A stretch of 64,000 bases of DNA from Malacoraja senta (lineage: Eukaryota), in the NCBI GenBank assembly GCA_038087875.1, contig CM075978.1:179986001-180050000 (forward strand). Direction: 5' to 3'. Of this stretch, positions 24,600 through 37,865 are shown piece by piece. Each line of letters opens with the position of its first letter. Within the stretch, counting starts at the first letter, position 1. The notes below the pieces were generated by a model. The model searched no databases. It saw nothing but the letters and a program-made list of their open reading frames with translations, and had not been told where the DNA came from. The position numbers and the translations under genes were made by a program.

Positions 24600-26720
24600 T
24601 TTGTCTAGATATTTCTAGCAGTATCATTTTGAACACTTGCGGGTGGGCATTTGATGCATAGAGAGGCAGAACAAATGGGCTTAGTGGACAGGTAGTGATT
24701 CCGTTCAGGCGGAGGAGGTGGAGAGTACACAGTTCTAAACAGACCTCGAGAACTGAAAGTTACAACTTGTATGAGAATAAGGAGGACCAGGTATGTTCAT
24801 TAAAAACAGACAGGTGGGCAGAGGGGATGGGGTAGCTCTGTTGGTGAAGAATGAAATTCAGTCCGTTGCGAGGGGTGACATTGAATCAGGACAATCAGAA
24901 TCAGTTTGGATAGAATTGTAAGGGTAAAAATACCCTAATGGGAGTTATCCACAGACCCCAAACAGTAGCCTGGATATAGTGTGCAAGTTGAATCAAGAGT
25001 TAAAATTGGCATGTCGTAAAGGTAACGCTACGGTTGTTATGGGAGATTTCAACATGCACGTTGACTGGGAAAATCAAGTTGGTACTGGACCCCAAGAAAG
25101 GGAGTTTGTGGACTGCCTCCATGATGGATTCTTAGAGCAGCTTGTACTGGAGCCTACCAGGGAGAAGACAATTTTGGATTTAGTGTTGTGTAATGAACAG
25201 GATTTGATAAAGGGAACTCGATGTAAAGGAGCCATTAGGAGATAGTGACCATAATATGATAAGTATTAACCTACAATTTGAGAAGGAGAAGGGTAAATCG
25301 GAGGTGTCAGTATTACAGTTGAACAAATGGGACTTTGGAGCCATGAGGGAGGAGCTGGCCAAAGTTGATTAGAAAGATAACCTAGCAGGGATGACAGTGG
25401 AACAACAATGGCAGGTATCCAAGGGGAGTAAGGGGCGACCGTGGCTGACAAGGGACGTCAGGGACAGTATAAAAATAAAAGTGAAGTATAACATAACAAA
25501 GATGAGCGGAAAGCCAGAGGATTGGGTAACTTTTGAAGAACAACAGAAGGTAACTAAAAAGGCAATATGAGGAGAATAATGAGGTACGAAGGTAAGCTAG
25601 CCAAGAATATAAAGGAGAATAGTAGAAGCTTCTTTAGGTATGTGAAAAGGAAAAAATAGTTAAGATCAAAATTGGACCCTTGAAGACTGAAAAGGGCAAA
25701 TTTATTATGGGGATCAAGGAAATGGCAGACGAGTTGAACAGGTACTTTGGATCCGACTTCACTGAGGAAGACACAAACAATCTCCCTAATGTAGCAGTCG
25801 CCAGAGGATCTAGGGTGATGGAGGAACGGAAGGAAATCCACATTAGGCAGGAAATTGTGCTGGGTAGACTGATGGGACTGAAGGTTGCTAAATCCCCAGG
25901 GCCTGATGGTCTGCATCCCAGGGTACTTAAGGAAGTGGTTCTAGAAATCATGGACGCATTGGTGATCATTTTCCGATGTTCTATAGAATCAGGATCAGTT
26001 CCTGTGGATTGGAGGCTGTCTAATGTTATCCCACTTTTTAAGAAAGGTGGGAGAGAGAAAACAGGGAATTATAAATCAGTTAGCCTGACATCAGTGGTGG
26101 GGAAGATGCTGGAGGCAATTATAAAAGATGAAATGGCGGCACATTTGGATAGCAGTAGCAGGATCAGTCCGAGTCAGCACAAATTTACGAAGGGGAAATC
26201 ATGCTTGCCTAATCTTCTGGAATTTTTTGAGAATGTAACTAGGAAAATGGACAAGGGAGAGCCAGTGGATGTGGTGTACATGGACTTTCAGAAAGCATTT
26301 GATAAGGTCCCACATAGGAGATTAGTAGGGAAAATTAGAGCACATGGTATTGGGGGTATGGTGCTGACATGGATAGAAAATTGGTTGGCAGACAGGTAAC
26401 AAAGAGTAGGGATTAACAGGTCCCTTTCAGAATGGCATGCAGTGACTAGTCGGGTACTGCAAGGCTCTGTGCTGGGACCGTAGCTATTTACAATATATAT
26501 TAATGATTTAGATGATGGGATTAAAAGTAACATTAGCAAATTTGCAGATGACAAAGCTGGGTGGCAGTGTGAACTGTGAGGAGGATGCTATGAGGATGCA
26601 AGGTGACTTGGACAGGTTGGGTGAGTGGGCAGATGCATGGCAGATGCAAATTAATGTGGATACATGTGAGGTTATCCACTTTGGTGGCAAAAACAGGAAG
26701 GCAGCTTATTATCTAATTTA
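24600..26720 (+). mobile_element. CR1 LINE (endonuclease plus RT), degenerate
   Basis: VVMGDFN, KSPGPDGLHPRVLKE, YMDFQKAFDKVPH. Confidence 0.9.
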
Positions 26721-29700
26721 TAAAAAGCTGGATATAATTACTGGAAGATCTGTTCCTTTTTGGGCTGCGTAGGACGACTCCTACTTACCTGTGTAATAAT
26801 GGCAAGGGAAAGTTGGACATTGGAAAAGTTAGAAATTGCCATTGCAACCTCCATTCAATATGATCATGGCTGATCATCTCAAATCAGTACACCATATCCC
26901 TTGATTCCTTAAGCCCTAAGAGCTAAATCGAACTCTCTCTTGAAAACATCGAGTGAATTGGTCTCCACTGCCTTCTGTGGCAGGGAATTGCACAGATTCA
27001 CAACTCTCTGGGATCAAATGTTTTCCCTCATCTCAGTCCTAAATGGCCGACCCCTAATTTTTAAACTGTGACCCCTATTTCTGGACACCCTCAAAATCAG
27101 GGACATTTTTCCTGAATCAAGCCTGTCCAATCATTTAAGAATTCTATATGTTTCTATAAGATACCCTCCCATCCTTCTAAATTCCAGTGAATACAAGCCC
27201 AGTCAACCCATTCTTTCATCATATGTCATCCCCGCAATCCCAGGAATTAACCTTGTGAACCTACACTGCACTCCCTCAATAGCAAGAATGTCCTTCCTCA
27301 AATCTGGAGACCAAAACTGCACACAATACTCCAAGTGTAGTCTCACTATTAACCTGGTGAACATACGCTGCACTTCCTCAACAGCAATAATGTCCTTCCT
27401 CAGATTAGGAGACCAGATCTGCATACAATTCTCCAAGTGCGGTCTCACCAGGGCCCTGTACATCGGCAGGCGGATGTCCTTGCTCCTAAAATCTAATCCT
27501 CTTGCAATGAAGGCCAACATGCCATTAGCTTTCTTCATTGTATCTGCTCTATCTGCATGCTTACTTTCAGTGACTGATGTACAAGCACACTCATGTCTCG
27601 TTGCACCTCCCCTTTTCCTAATCTGAGACCATCCAGATAATAATCTGCCTTTGTGTTCTTGCCACCAAAGTGGACAACCTCACATTTATCCACATTATAC
27701 TGAATCTGCCATGCAACGTACACAGACTCACCCAACCTATTCAAGTCACCCTGCAGCCTCATACCATCCTCCTCGCAGCTCACACTGCCACCCAGCTTTG
27801 TGTCATCCACAAACCTGGAGATGTTACATTTAATTCCCTCATCTAACTCGTTAATATATATTGTAAATTACAGGTGTGCCAGTACCAAGCCTTGCAGCAC
27901 CCCACTAGTGACTGCCTGCATTCTGAAAAGTTACCATTAATTCCTACTCTTTACTCCCTGTCTGCCAACCAGTTGTCTATGGTGTCAAAGAGGGAATTGG
28001 AGGGCCATCTGAAATCAACGTACACAGCCAACCAAAGATTTGAGCAGAGGGGGATACCTCCAGACATGCCCCCATTCCTCAACCAGAACACCAGTTGGAC
28101 GACAGCCTCCCAAGGTGCAGCGAAGTCGAGAAGCCCGTAAGGAAGGCAAGGGCAACTTCAGCTCCAGGACCAAATGGAGTTCCATACCGGCTGTACAAAA
28201 ATGCTCCAAATGTTCTACGGTTCCTATGGAGGCAAATGAAGGTAGCATGAAAAAAGCAAACCATCCCAAAAGCATGGCGAAGAGCAGGGGGAGTGGTGAT
28301 CCGCAAGGAAAAAGATGTCTCAAACATCGACGTATTCCGGCAAATCAATCTCTTGAATGTTGAAGGGAAGATCTTCTTTAGCATTGTTGCTCAAAGGATG
28401 ATAACCTACCTGAAAGAACAACTTGATTGACACGTTGGTACAGAAAGCTGGTATACCAGGCTTCTCTTGATGCTTAGAACACACAAGCATGATATGGCAT
28501 CAAATCCAGCCTGCAAGAAGGGAAGGAAGAGATCTGCACGTCTTATTCCTGGACCTAGCCAATGCTTTTGGATCGGTTCCCCATTCTCTCCTCTGGACAG
28601 CCTTCGATTTCTTCCATGTGCCAAAGACCATTACAAACCTGGTCAGAAACTACTTCCAAGATTTACAATTCTGTATTACAACAGAATACACAACATCATG
28701 GCAATCACTGGAAGTGGGAATAATGGCAGGTTGCACCATCTCCCCGCTAGCCTTCACCATGGCGATAGAAGTGATCATCCGAGCTTCCAAGTGGGTCATA
28801 GGAGGAGAGCGGCTGCAGTCTGGGCAGCGGCTACCTCCCATTCTCACCGACATGGATGACATGACCACCCTGACCTCAACCATTGCATGTACCAAGCGCC
28901 TGCTGGAAAAGCTTCATGCGAACATAACATGGGCCCGGATGAAGTTGAAACCCAGCAAATTCAGGAGCATATCCATCATCAGAGGAAATATCGTAGACAA
29001 GCGATTCCACATTGATGAAACACCTATTCCGATGTGTTAGAGCTGCCGGTCAAGAGTTTAGGATGGTACAATGCAAGCCTCAAAGACTCAGACCAGTGTG
29101 ACCAACTGAGGGAAAAACCCATCAAAGGCCTTGCTAGCATAGACAAGACCTCGCTTCCTGGTAAGCTGAAACTGTGGTGCCTGCAGTTATGGATTGCTCC
29201 CCCGTCTGATGTGGGCCTCTGATGGTTTACGAGATCCCCATCACCAAAGTCGAGAAGTTGGAGAGGACAGTCAGTTCATACATCAAGAAGTGGCTTGGAC
29301 TCCCACGTTAGCCTCAGCAATATTGGCTTGTTTGGACACAGTGCTCTGGAACTGCCTGTCTCTAGCCTCATATAAGAATACAAATGCACCAAAGTGAGGC
29401 TGGACATGACCCTGACCGAATCTCAAGATGATGCGGTACGAGCGGCTGCTCCCAGACTGGCAACTGGGAGGAAGTGGACCCCATCGGAGGCTGTACAGCA
29501 AGCAAAATCTGCTCTCAGGCATGGAGACATTGTAGGACAGGTGCAGCAGGGAAGAGGTGGGATTGGACTCGGGACAAGTCGACCCACATGGTACACGGCA
29601 ACATCCACCCAGAGAAGAAAGCTGGTAGTTGCTGAGGTCCGTCAGCAAGAGGAGGCAGAGAGATGCGCAAAGGCAGTCTCACAGTCCAAACAGGGTCAGT

Positions 29701-30403
29701 GGACTACCTGGGAAGACATGGAGCATCGTAAGCTTACCTGTAGATCGGCTATTGCATGCTAGCCAATCATAGTACATGCTTTATAATATTAAGAACTCGC
29801 CTACGTCAGTAGATGTAGCAGCTCGGAGATGTAACGTACTGCAGATCCAATGCTGTAAGTGTTTAATAAAGATGTGTTGTATCTTTACATGTGTCTGAGT
29901 CTCGTAGTTACAAGGTGTAATTCAGACATTGCTGAGCGATGGCGTCATTTTGAACGTGACTACACTCATTATATCCGCATCATTCATCGGAATGACCCTA
30001 CTGACCTGAAAGCATCGCTCCTGCTTAATCTAGCGGGTCCTGAGGCAATGAATCGTGCCGACAACTTTGACTTTGCTCCTGCTGTTCTGGATGCCAATGG
30101 GCAGGTCCTAGTTCCTGCCGAGACTATAGTTGACCCCATGGTTTTGCTCAGAAAATTTAGAGAGCTGTGCGATTGACTTCCAACCACATAATTGAAAGAA
30201 CAAAGTTCTATGCTCGTTCGTAGCAGGTTGATGAACTTATTGAACGATTTATCAGCGTCTTAAAACACATGGCTGTGCGCTGTCGCTTCGGTGAGTTGAC
30301 TGATGAACTTGTTAGAGGTAAGCTTGTCGGGGGCATGATTGATAGCAAACTGAGAGCTGAGCTTCTTCACAACACTGAATTAACACTTAACCAAGCGATC
30401 CAC

Positions 30404-33400
30404 ACAGGACTTCCGGTGGCGCCATGGAGCAGTTAGGGCGCTGCATTGAGCTCCGCTCCCGTTAAAATCGCAAAAAAGCCGTTTTGGAAGACAGGATCAA
30501 TTTATAAACACTCACCGGGGCTGTTTGACGTCGCGTAAGTGACGTCATCAGAAATCACCGCGAAATAACGGAGATTAACGACAGTTTTAAATGAGAAAAA
30601 AGAATCTTCCTCAGAGACCTGAAAGACCTGCCACAAGAAGCCATCTTAAAGAACTTGGCAAAACTCTGCAAACAGCAGCTGAAAGCTCAGAAGAAGGAGC
30701 TGATTCTCAAAGGTTACCTTTTGAAATGGCTGCGAAGGAGAGACAGATGGAACAAATGGAACAATCGGTAAGAGCTTCAGTTACTAAAGACATTTCTCAA
30801 ATGATTTCTCAAATTATACTGGATGGGAACGTCATACTGGAGAAAAATCTGTCTAGAAAGATTAAACAAGGTAACAATGAAATGATTGAGCAATTTGCTA
30901 CTCTAAAGAAACGTGTGAATGAAGTTGAGAAGGAGTTTACTTCAGAAATCAAGCGGGTGGAAAGAGTCTGCAATGAGAAGTTTGATTCTATTCTCAAGAC
31001 CACTCAAAAGTATGACACGGTTATGGAAGAAATGGAAGTTGCAATGAGTGAGATGTCTAAGGAGATAGAGAGACTGAGAAAGGCACAAAAAGCTGCTGGG
31101 GAGCAACTTGTTAAAATGACTGACAAATGCTTGGAAGCGAGATCGAGAAGGCAGAACTTAAGAATTGATGGAGTAAAGGAAGGGAGGGAGGCTGGAAAGC
31201 ACCCCCGAGAGTTTGCGGCTAACTTAATTAAACAAGTTTTTAAGCTGCCGGAAAACCCGAGAATAGATGTGGCTCACCGGGTTCGTCGTGCTCAGACAGG
31301 ACCTGAGTCCCCCCCAAGACAGATTATTGTGAAATTTCTTGACATCTCTGCATTGGAAGATATAATGAAACAGATTCCGTACGGATCGAATCTGACATAC
31401 GAAGGGGATAATCTTCTTTTTTTTCACGACTATCCAGCTGAAATCATTAAAAAAAAAAGGAATATGTTCACATAGACAAGACACATTTTGAAAGGAATCC
31501 CTGGTGTAAAATATGGTATAATGTATCCTGCAAAAATGAGAATTACCTATAACTCCAGGGTTACGTGCCTTTATGGACCCAGAAGCGGCATTTAAATATG
31601 CACAAGATATCGCAAAGGAGAACGACTGAGAACCAAAAATATGACAGAGCAGAACCGGTGAAGATAAGACCCTTTTTTAAAAATAAAAAATAACTTGTTC
31701 TCATTAAGATGGCGGAATTTTACATGAGGCGTTGGCCAGACATGTTATCTCCCTCGAATATGAATTCGAGGTCGCAAGCTATGTTTCACCTTGATTGAAG
31801 GACTTCAAGAAAAACAAAACGAAGTCGGGGAATGTGGAAAACAACCTCGAGCCTGAGAACATGGAAAATAATACAAATGGACTTGAATATAAAAAAGCTT
31901 GATTTAAGAAAATTGTTTTTTTTATATAATCATATACTAACATAAAATAATTAACCAACCCAACTAACTCAACAATACTAACCTACTTTTAATGTACTGC
32001 TAAGTTTAAGGATAATGAGCTAAAATTATAGATATATACTAACAACAATATTAATTAATTAAATGTTCATAATAGAACTAGCATAGGTTTTGTGTAAATG
32101 AGGGGGGAGGAGATTCAGACACTTGGAAGGTATCCAGGAGTCTGACTCGGTTAACCCCTTGGAACCTGCTGTTGTTTAAAATGAAAGGTTTGGACTTAAG
32201 TGGGGAATTGAAGGTAATAATGGTTGGGGTATAGGTATATATGGGTATATAACTAACATATGGTAAATTTCAGTATATATTCAAGACTAGACCACTTGGA
32301 GATGCATATAGATATTTAGAACCCAAGTGTTTTTGTTTTTTTCCCGTTTGGATATATTTCATAGCCTTGAAACGGCCTTTCTTCCTTTTTACAATATTTG
32401 GTCAAGGGAGCGGAGCTGAATGTATAATAATAACGATGGAAGCTCATAAATACTTATTTACCACCGTTAGGTGGTTTCTCTTTATTAAGGTGTCCCTCTT
32501 TAGATACTTTATCACCACTTTTTTTTAAATTATTATTATTTTTTCATCACCTCACTCTTTCTTGTTGGTTTTAAGGTTTACTTTGGAAAGGAGATGTCAA
32601 ATAAATTCAATAGTTCTGGATGACCACCCAACACCTAGAGCTCTGAGGTACTTGGTTGCATCATATGACTTAAGGGTAATAAAATGATTCACAATGCAAG
32701 ACGATAAACAAAAGAAGACAGGAGGAATCGCGTTTTGTAGTTGGAATATAAGGGGCACTAATCAACCAATTAAAAGGGGCAAGATATTCGCCCAATTAAA
32801 ATCATTTAATTCTGACATAATTTTCTTGCAGGAAACACACCTGAAACAACAAACACAAATAAGATTGAAGGCAAATTGGATCGGGCAAACATATTATTCC
32901 TCATTTACTTCTAAATCTAGAGGGACCGATATTATTATTCGTAAAGGTATACCATTTAAATCCAAGAACATCATATCAGATAAAGAGGGGAGGTATGTCA
33001 TAGTTATGGGAGAAATTCACTCCACTCCACTTACTATGATAAACATTTATGCGCCTAATTTTGACAACCCTCAATTATTTAATAAAATTCTGGATATGAT
33101 TTCAGAGTTTAATTATCAAAATGTGATAAAAGGGGGGTTTCAACTGTCTTAGATCCATATTTAGATAAATCTGCAAAACACAAAAGGAGTAATATAAAAT
33201 CTAAAACAAGCGAACTCCTAAATACATATATAAAAAATACAAATATAACAGACGAATGGAGAATTGCTAACCCAGTTGGAAGGGAATACTCATTTTACTC
33301 ATCGGTACATAAAACTTATTCACGAATTGACTATTTTTTAGTAGACATGAAATTAATTCCGTATACAATCAACCCTAAATATCATAATAGCATTATTTCT

Positions 33401-36400
33401 GATCACTCCCCGTTAACTTTTTAAATTAAAATTAGAAGGAATGATGGATAAACAATCATTTTGGAGGTTTAACCCCCAAATTCTAAACAACCCACAAGGT
33501 AGTACATATTTAAAACAACAGATGAAACTCTTCTTCGAGACCAACGATACAACAGGTATTTCACCTTCGTTATTATGTGAAACTTTCAAGGCATTTATTA
33601 GAGGAGTTATAATTTCATATCAAGCCTTCCAAAATAAAAAGAATAACATAGAACAATTGCAGTTAGAACAAGAAATTAGACAATTAGACCTAGATAATGC
33701 CAAAGACCCAACCATAGACAAACACAATAAGATAACTTTATTGACATTTAAATTAAATAAAATTTTATCGGCAAGAGTAATAAGATTATTTCAAATTACA
33801 AAACAGGAAAACTTTGAATTTGGCGATAAACCACATAAACTTTTAGCACGGCAGCTGAAAGAACGGGAAAAGGAAAATACAATTACAAAAATTAAATCAG
33901 ATAAGGGTGAATTATTAACATTACCTAAAGATATTAATAAAAGATTTGCTCAATTTAATCAAAATTTATATACATCTAAAACAGCAGCAGATAACATTAA
34001 AATTACAAATTTCTTAGGTAAGTGTAACCTTCCAAAACTTACTTTGTTGGAACAAGAGGAGTTAGGAGCTCAGATTACACTTAAAGAAATAGAAGAAACA
34101 ATAAACCCATTGAAAAATGGCAAAACACCAGGACCAGATGGTTTTAGTAATGAATTTTACAAAAGATTCCACAAGATAATTTCTCCGCGCCTACAAATAT
34201 GATATACTAATGCCTTTAAAGAAAACACATTACCAGAAAGATTAGCTGAATCAACTATTACACTTATACCAAAAAAAGATAAAGATCTAGAAGAACCAGG
34301 TTCATATAGAGCTATAGCACTCTTAAATACAGATCAGAAAATACTAGCAAAGACTTTAGCGAGAAGACTGAGTAAATACGTTAGTAAACTAATAAACCCG
34401 GATCAAACGGGGTTTATACCTAAAAGATACTCAGCCAACAATTTGAGACGCTTGAGTCACAAATTTGAGTCACAAAAAACTGAAGATGATGTATCAATTA
34501 TTTCATTGGACGCAGAAAAAGCATTTGATCAAGTAGAATGGCAATATCTGTATAAAGTATTGCAAAAATTTAACATGGGAGAGAATTTTTTATCATGGGT
34601 AAAATTATTATATGACAAGCCGACTGCTAGAATACTGACTAACAATATGTTATCTTTAAAATTTCATTTAACAAGGGGCAATAGACAAGGGTGTGCACTA
34701 TCACCCCTGCTATTTGCCCTTGTGATAGAGCCTTTAGCAGAAAGTATAAGAAGCCATCCGAATATTCGGGGATATAATACCAAAGATTCAAATAATAAAA
34801 TTTCACTATACGCAGACGACGTATTATTATACATTACAAATTCGCAAGTTAGTATACCAAATATACTAAATTTAATGGAGGAATTTGGCTCCTTTTCAGG
34901 ATATAGAATAAATTGGAATAAAAGTGAAATTATGACGTTAAAACCCCAAGACTCGACACACCTGTTAAAATTTCCCTTTAAAATTGCAACAGAAAAATTC
35001 AAGTATTTGGGTATCCAAATTACTAGAAAATATAAATCACTATTTAATGCAAATTTTATGCCTTTATTAACTAAATTGAATGCGTTGATTAAATTCTGGA
35101 AAACCCTGCCGGTCTTTAATAGGTAGAATAAATGCTATAAAAATGATTTTTCTACCACAAATATTATATCTATTTCAATCAATACCAATATACTTACCAA
35201 AAAACATCTTAAAAAATTAGACTCCAATATTACAAACTTCATATGGGGCCTACAGATCGCACAGAATCCAAAGAAAACACCTGTGTAAACCTAAAGAATC
35301 TGGGGGATTGACACTCCCGATCTTTTTATACTACTACTGGGCAGTACATATTAAAAACATAATTTATTGGTTGGACAGCTCTACCCAACAGGTAGAATGG
35401 ATAAGAATGGAGAAAGAGGATTGCTCTCCTTTTAATATAGGAGCGATCCTCTTCTCCCCGATAAAATTAAACAACACAATATATAAGAAGAACCCAATTA
35501 TCCACAACACAATTCGAATTTGGAAACAAATAAAACTAACTTTGAAATTAAGAAACTTATCGCTTTTATCTCCAATAGTAAATAATCCCTCATTTAAACC
35601 ATCTCTCACTGACAAAACGTATACCTATTGGGAAAGATTAGGAATTAAAAAGATTGGAGACTTGTATGAAATGGAATTTTTAAAAATCATTTCAACAATT
35701 ACAATTAAAATACAACTTGAAAAATAACCAATACTTTAAATACCTTCAAATTAGAGATTATTTGAAAAAACACATACAAGGATATCAAATTCTAACTCTA
35801 GATTTATTAGATGAAGCAATGAATATTAAGGCAGATTCATGCAATTTAATATCATACATATAATATCATTTTAAATATAGAATCACCATCGACAGAGACA
35901 ATCAGAGCAGATTGGGAACAAGAATTACAGATAAAAATTTCGAAAGAAACATGGGAAAAATACCTGATATACATACATAAATGTTCGATTAATGCAAAAC
36001 ATAATTTAATTCAATTAAAAGTTTTACATAGATTATACTACTCGAAAACTAGACTGAATAAAATCTATCCAAATATCTCTCCCATCTGTGATAAATGCTT
36101 ATCTGAGAATGCCACCATAACACACTCTTTTGTCTCCTGTATAAAACTTCATAAATCCTGGAATAAAATTTTTGAAATGTTTACAAAACTATTTAATAGA
36201 AGACTTGAACCTTATACAGAAAGGATTATCTTTGGATCAATGAAAGATGGGAATAAGCTAAATACGTTTCAAAAATCTCTACTTTATTACGGTTTAATAA
36301 CGGCAAAAAAACTCATACTTAAATTTTTGAAAAATGCGCCAACACCAACGCTCAAAATGTGGATTTCAAATATGTCGGAAACAGCATATCTTGAAGAAAT

Positions 36401-36818
36401 GTGACTCCTTCGACCAATTCTTATTGATTTGGTCTCCTTTTATCGACTTCTTACAAGCATATGGTGCAACACAATCATAGAAATAAAATGGTTCATAATC
36501 AGGTGACGGGTGGCCAGGAACATTAAATAGGTATATCGCTTTCAATCTCCTTTTTCCTTTTTTTCCCCTCTATTTCGACTCTTTCTCTTTCTCTTTCTAC
36601 TTCTTCTTCTTTCTTCTTTCTTCTTTCGGGCTATCTTTCTATTTCACGCAACACTCGATGTCAATCTCTCCTTTTCTATTCTTTTCTCCCTTACTCCTGT
36701 TTTATTATTAAATTAAAAATAAGAAGTTGTATATGAAATGTAATATGTCAACAAGTATTAGGTACTGTGGTACCACATTATTGTACTTACTTCTAACAAA
36801 AATAAAAAATAAAATAAA
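30404..36818 (+). mobile_element. Full-length L1-clade LINE inside the Gypsy gag
   Basis: ORF1 30591-31475 (coiled coil, RSRRQNLRIDG), ORF2 APE (SWNIRG) and RT YADD (34809) with frameshifts, A-rich tail, TSD AAGCGATCCAC at 30393-30403 and 36819-36829. Confidence 0.93.
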
Positions 36819-37125
36819 AAGCGATCCACTCGTGTCGAATTTCAGAGATTACTGCTTCGCATGCAGATTCTGTCTCTTTCAACCCACGACAGCAACACAA
36901 TATCAATCTTACTGACTACTCCTCCCGCAAAGCCTCCAATGTGCCTGCTGCGCGATGTCAGAATTTAAACTATTTTCATGCGAAGGGTCGCCAGTTCTGC
37001 ATAGCTTACGGAAAGATCTGCAATTGTTGTAAAAGCAAAATCATTTCGCGAGAAGTTGCCGTTCCTGTGGGACTGATAATGTTTCAAGGACAAACTTGCC
37101 CCTGCTTCGACATGAGTTCTCTGAT

Positions 37126-37865
37126 ACTGAACTGAACTGAACTGAACTGAACTTTATTTATAGAGCACTTTAAAAACAACCACTGTTGCAACAAAATGCT
37201 GTACATGACTTAATCATAAACATAAAACAAAACAATAAAAACATTAAAAGACAGTAAAAACAATAAAAAACAATAGAAACACAGGAACAAAGTCTCATGC
37301 AGGGTCAAAAGCCAAGGAATAGAAAAGGGTTTTAAGACTAGTTTTGAAAATGGACAGTGAAGGGGCCTGTCTAATGTGCAAAGGTAGAGTGTTCCATAAT
37401 GTCGGAGCAGCAACAGAGAAGGCTCTATCCCCTCTGAGCTTCCGCTTAGACCTCGGTACCTCCAGGAGCAGCTGATCAGCTGACCTGAGGCACCGAGCAG
37501 GAGCGTAGGGATGAAGCAGCTCAGAGAGGTAAGGCGGGGCGAGACCATTTAAAGATTTAAAAACAAATAAAAGAATTTTAAAATGAACTCTAAAGTACAC
37601 AGGCAGCCAGTGGAGGGAGGCCAGAATATACGTTATGTGCTCCCTCTTACGTGTTCCAGTTAAAAGGCAAGCAGCAGCATTCTGAACCAACTGGAGGCGT
37701 GCAAGGGATGATTGTCTAACTCCAAAATAAAGTGTGTTACAGTAATCCAGCCGAGACGTGATGAAGGCACGGATTACTGTTTCAAAATGCTGTCGTTCAA
37801 GAATGGGCTTCACCTTTGCCAGCTGCCTTAAATGAAAGAAGCTGAACTTAACTACCACGCCTATT
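37126..37865 (-). mobile_element. L2 LINE 3' fragment inside the Gypsy element
   Basis: AFITSRLDYCN...LHWLPV...RAFSVAAPTLWN; (CAGTT)n tail. Confidence 0.88.

Noticed and set aside
30591-31475. 294-aa coiled-coil ORF as a host gene
   Set aside because: It is ORF1 of the L1 element bounded by TSDs.
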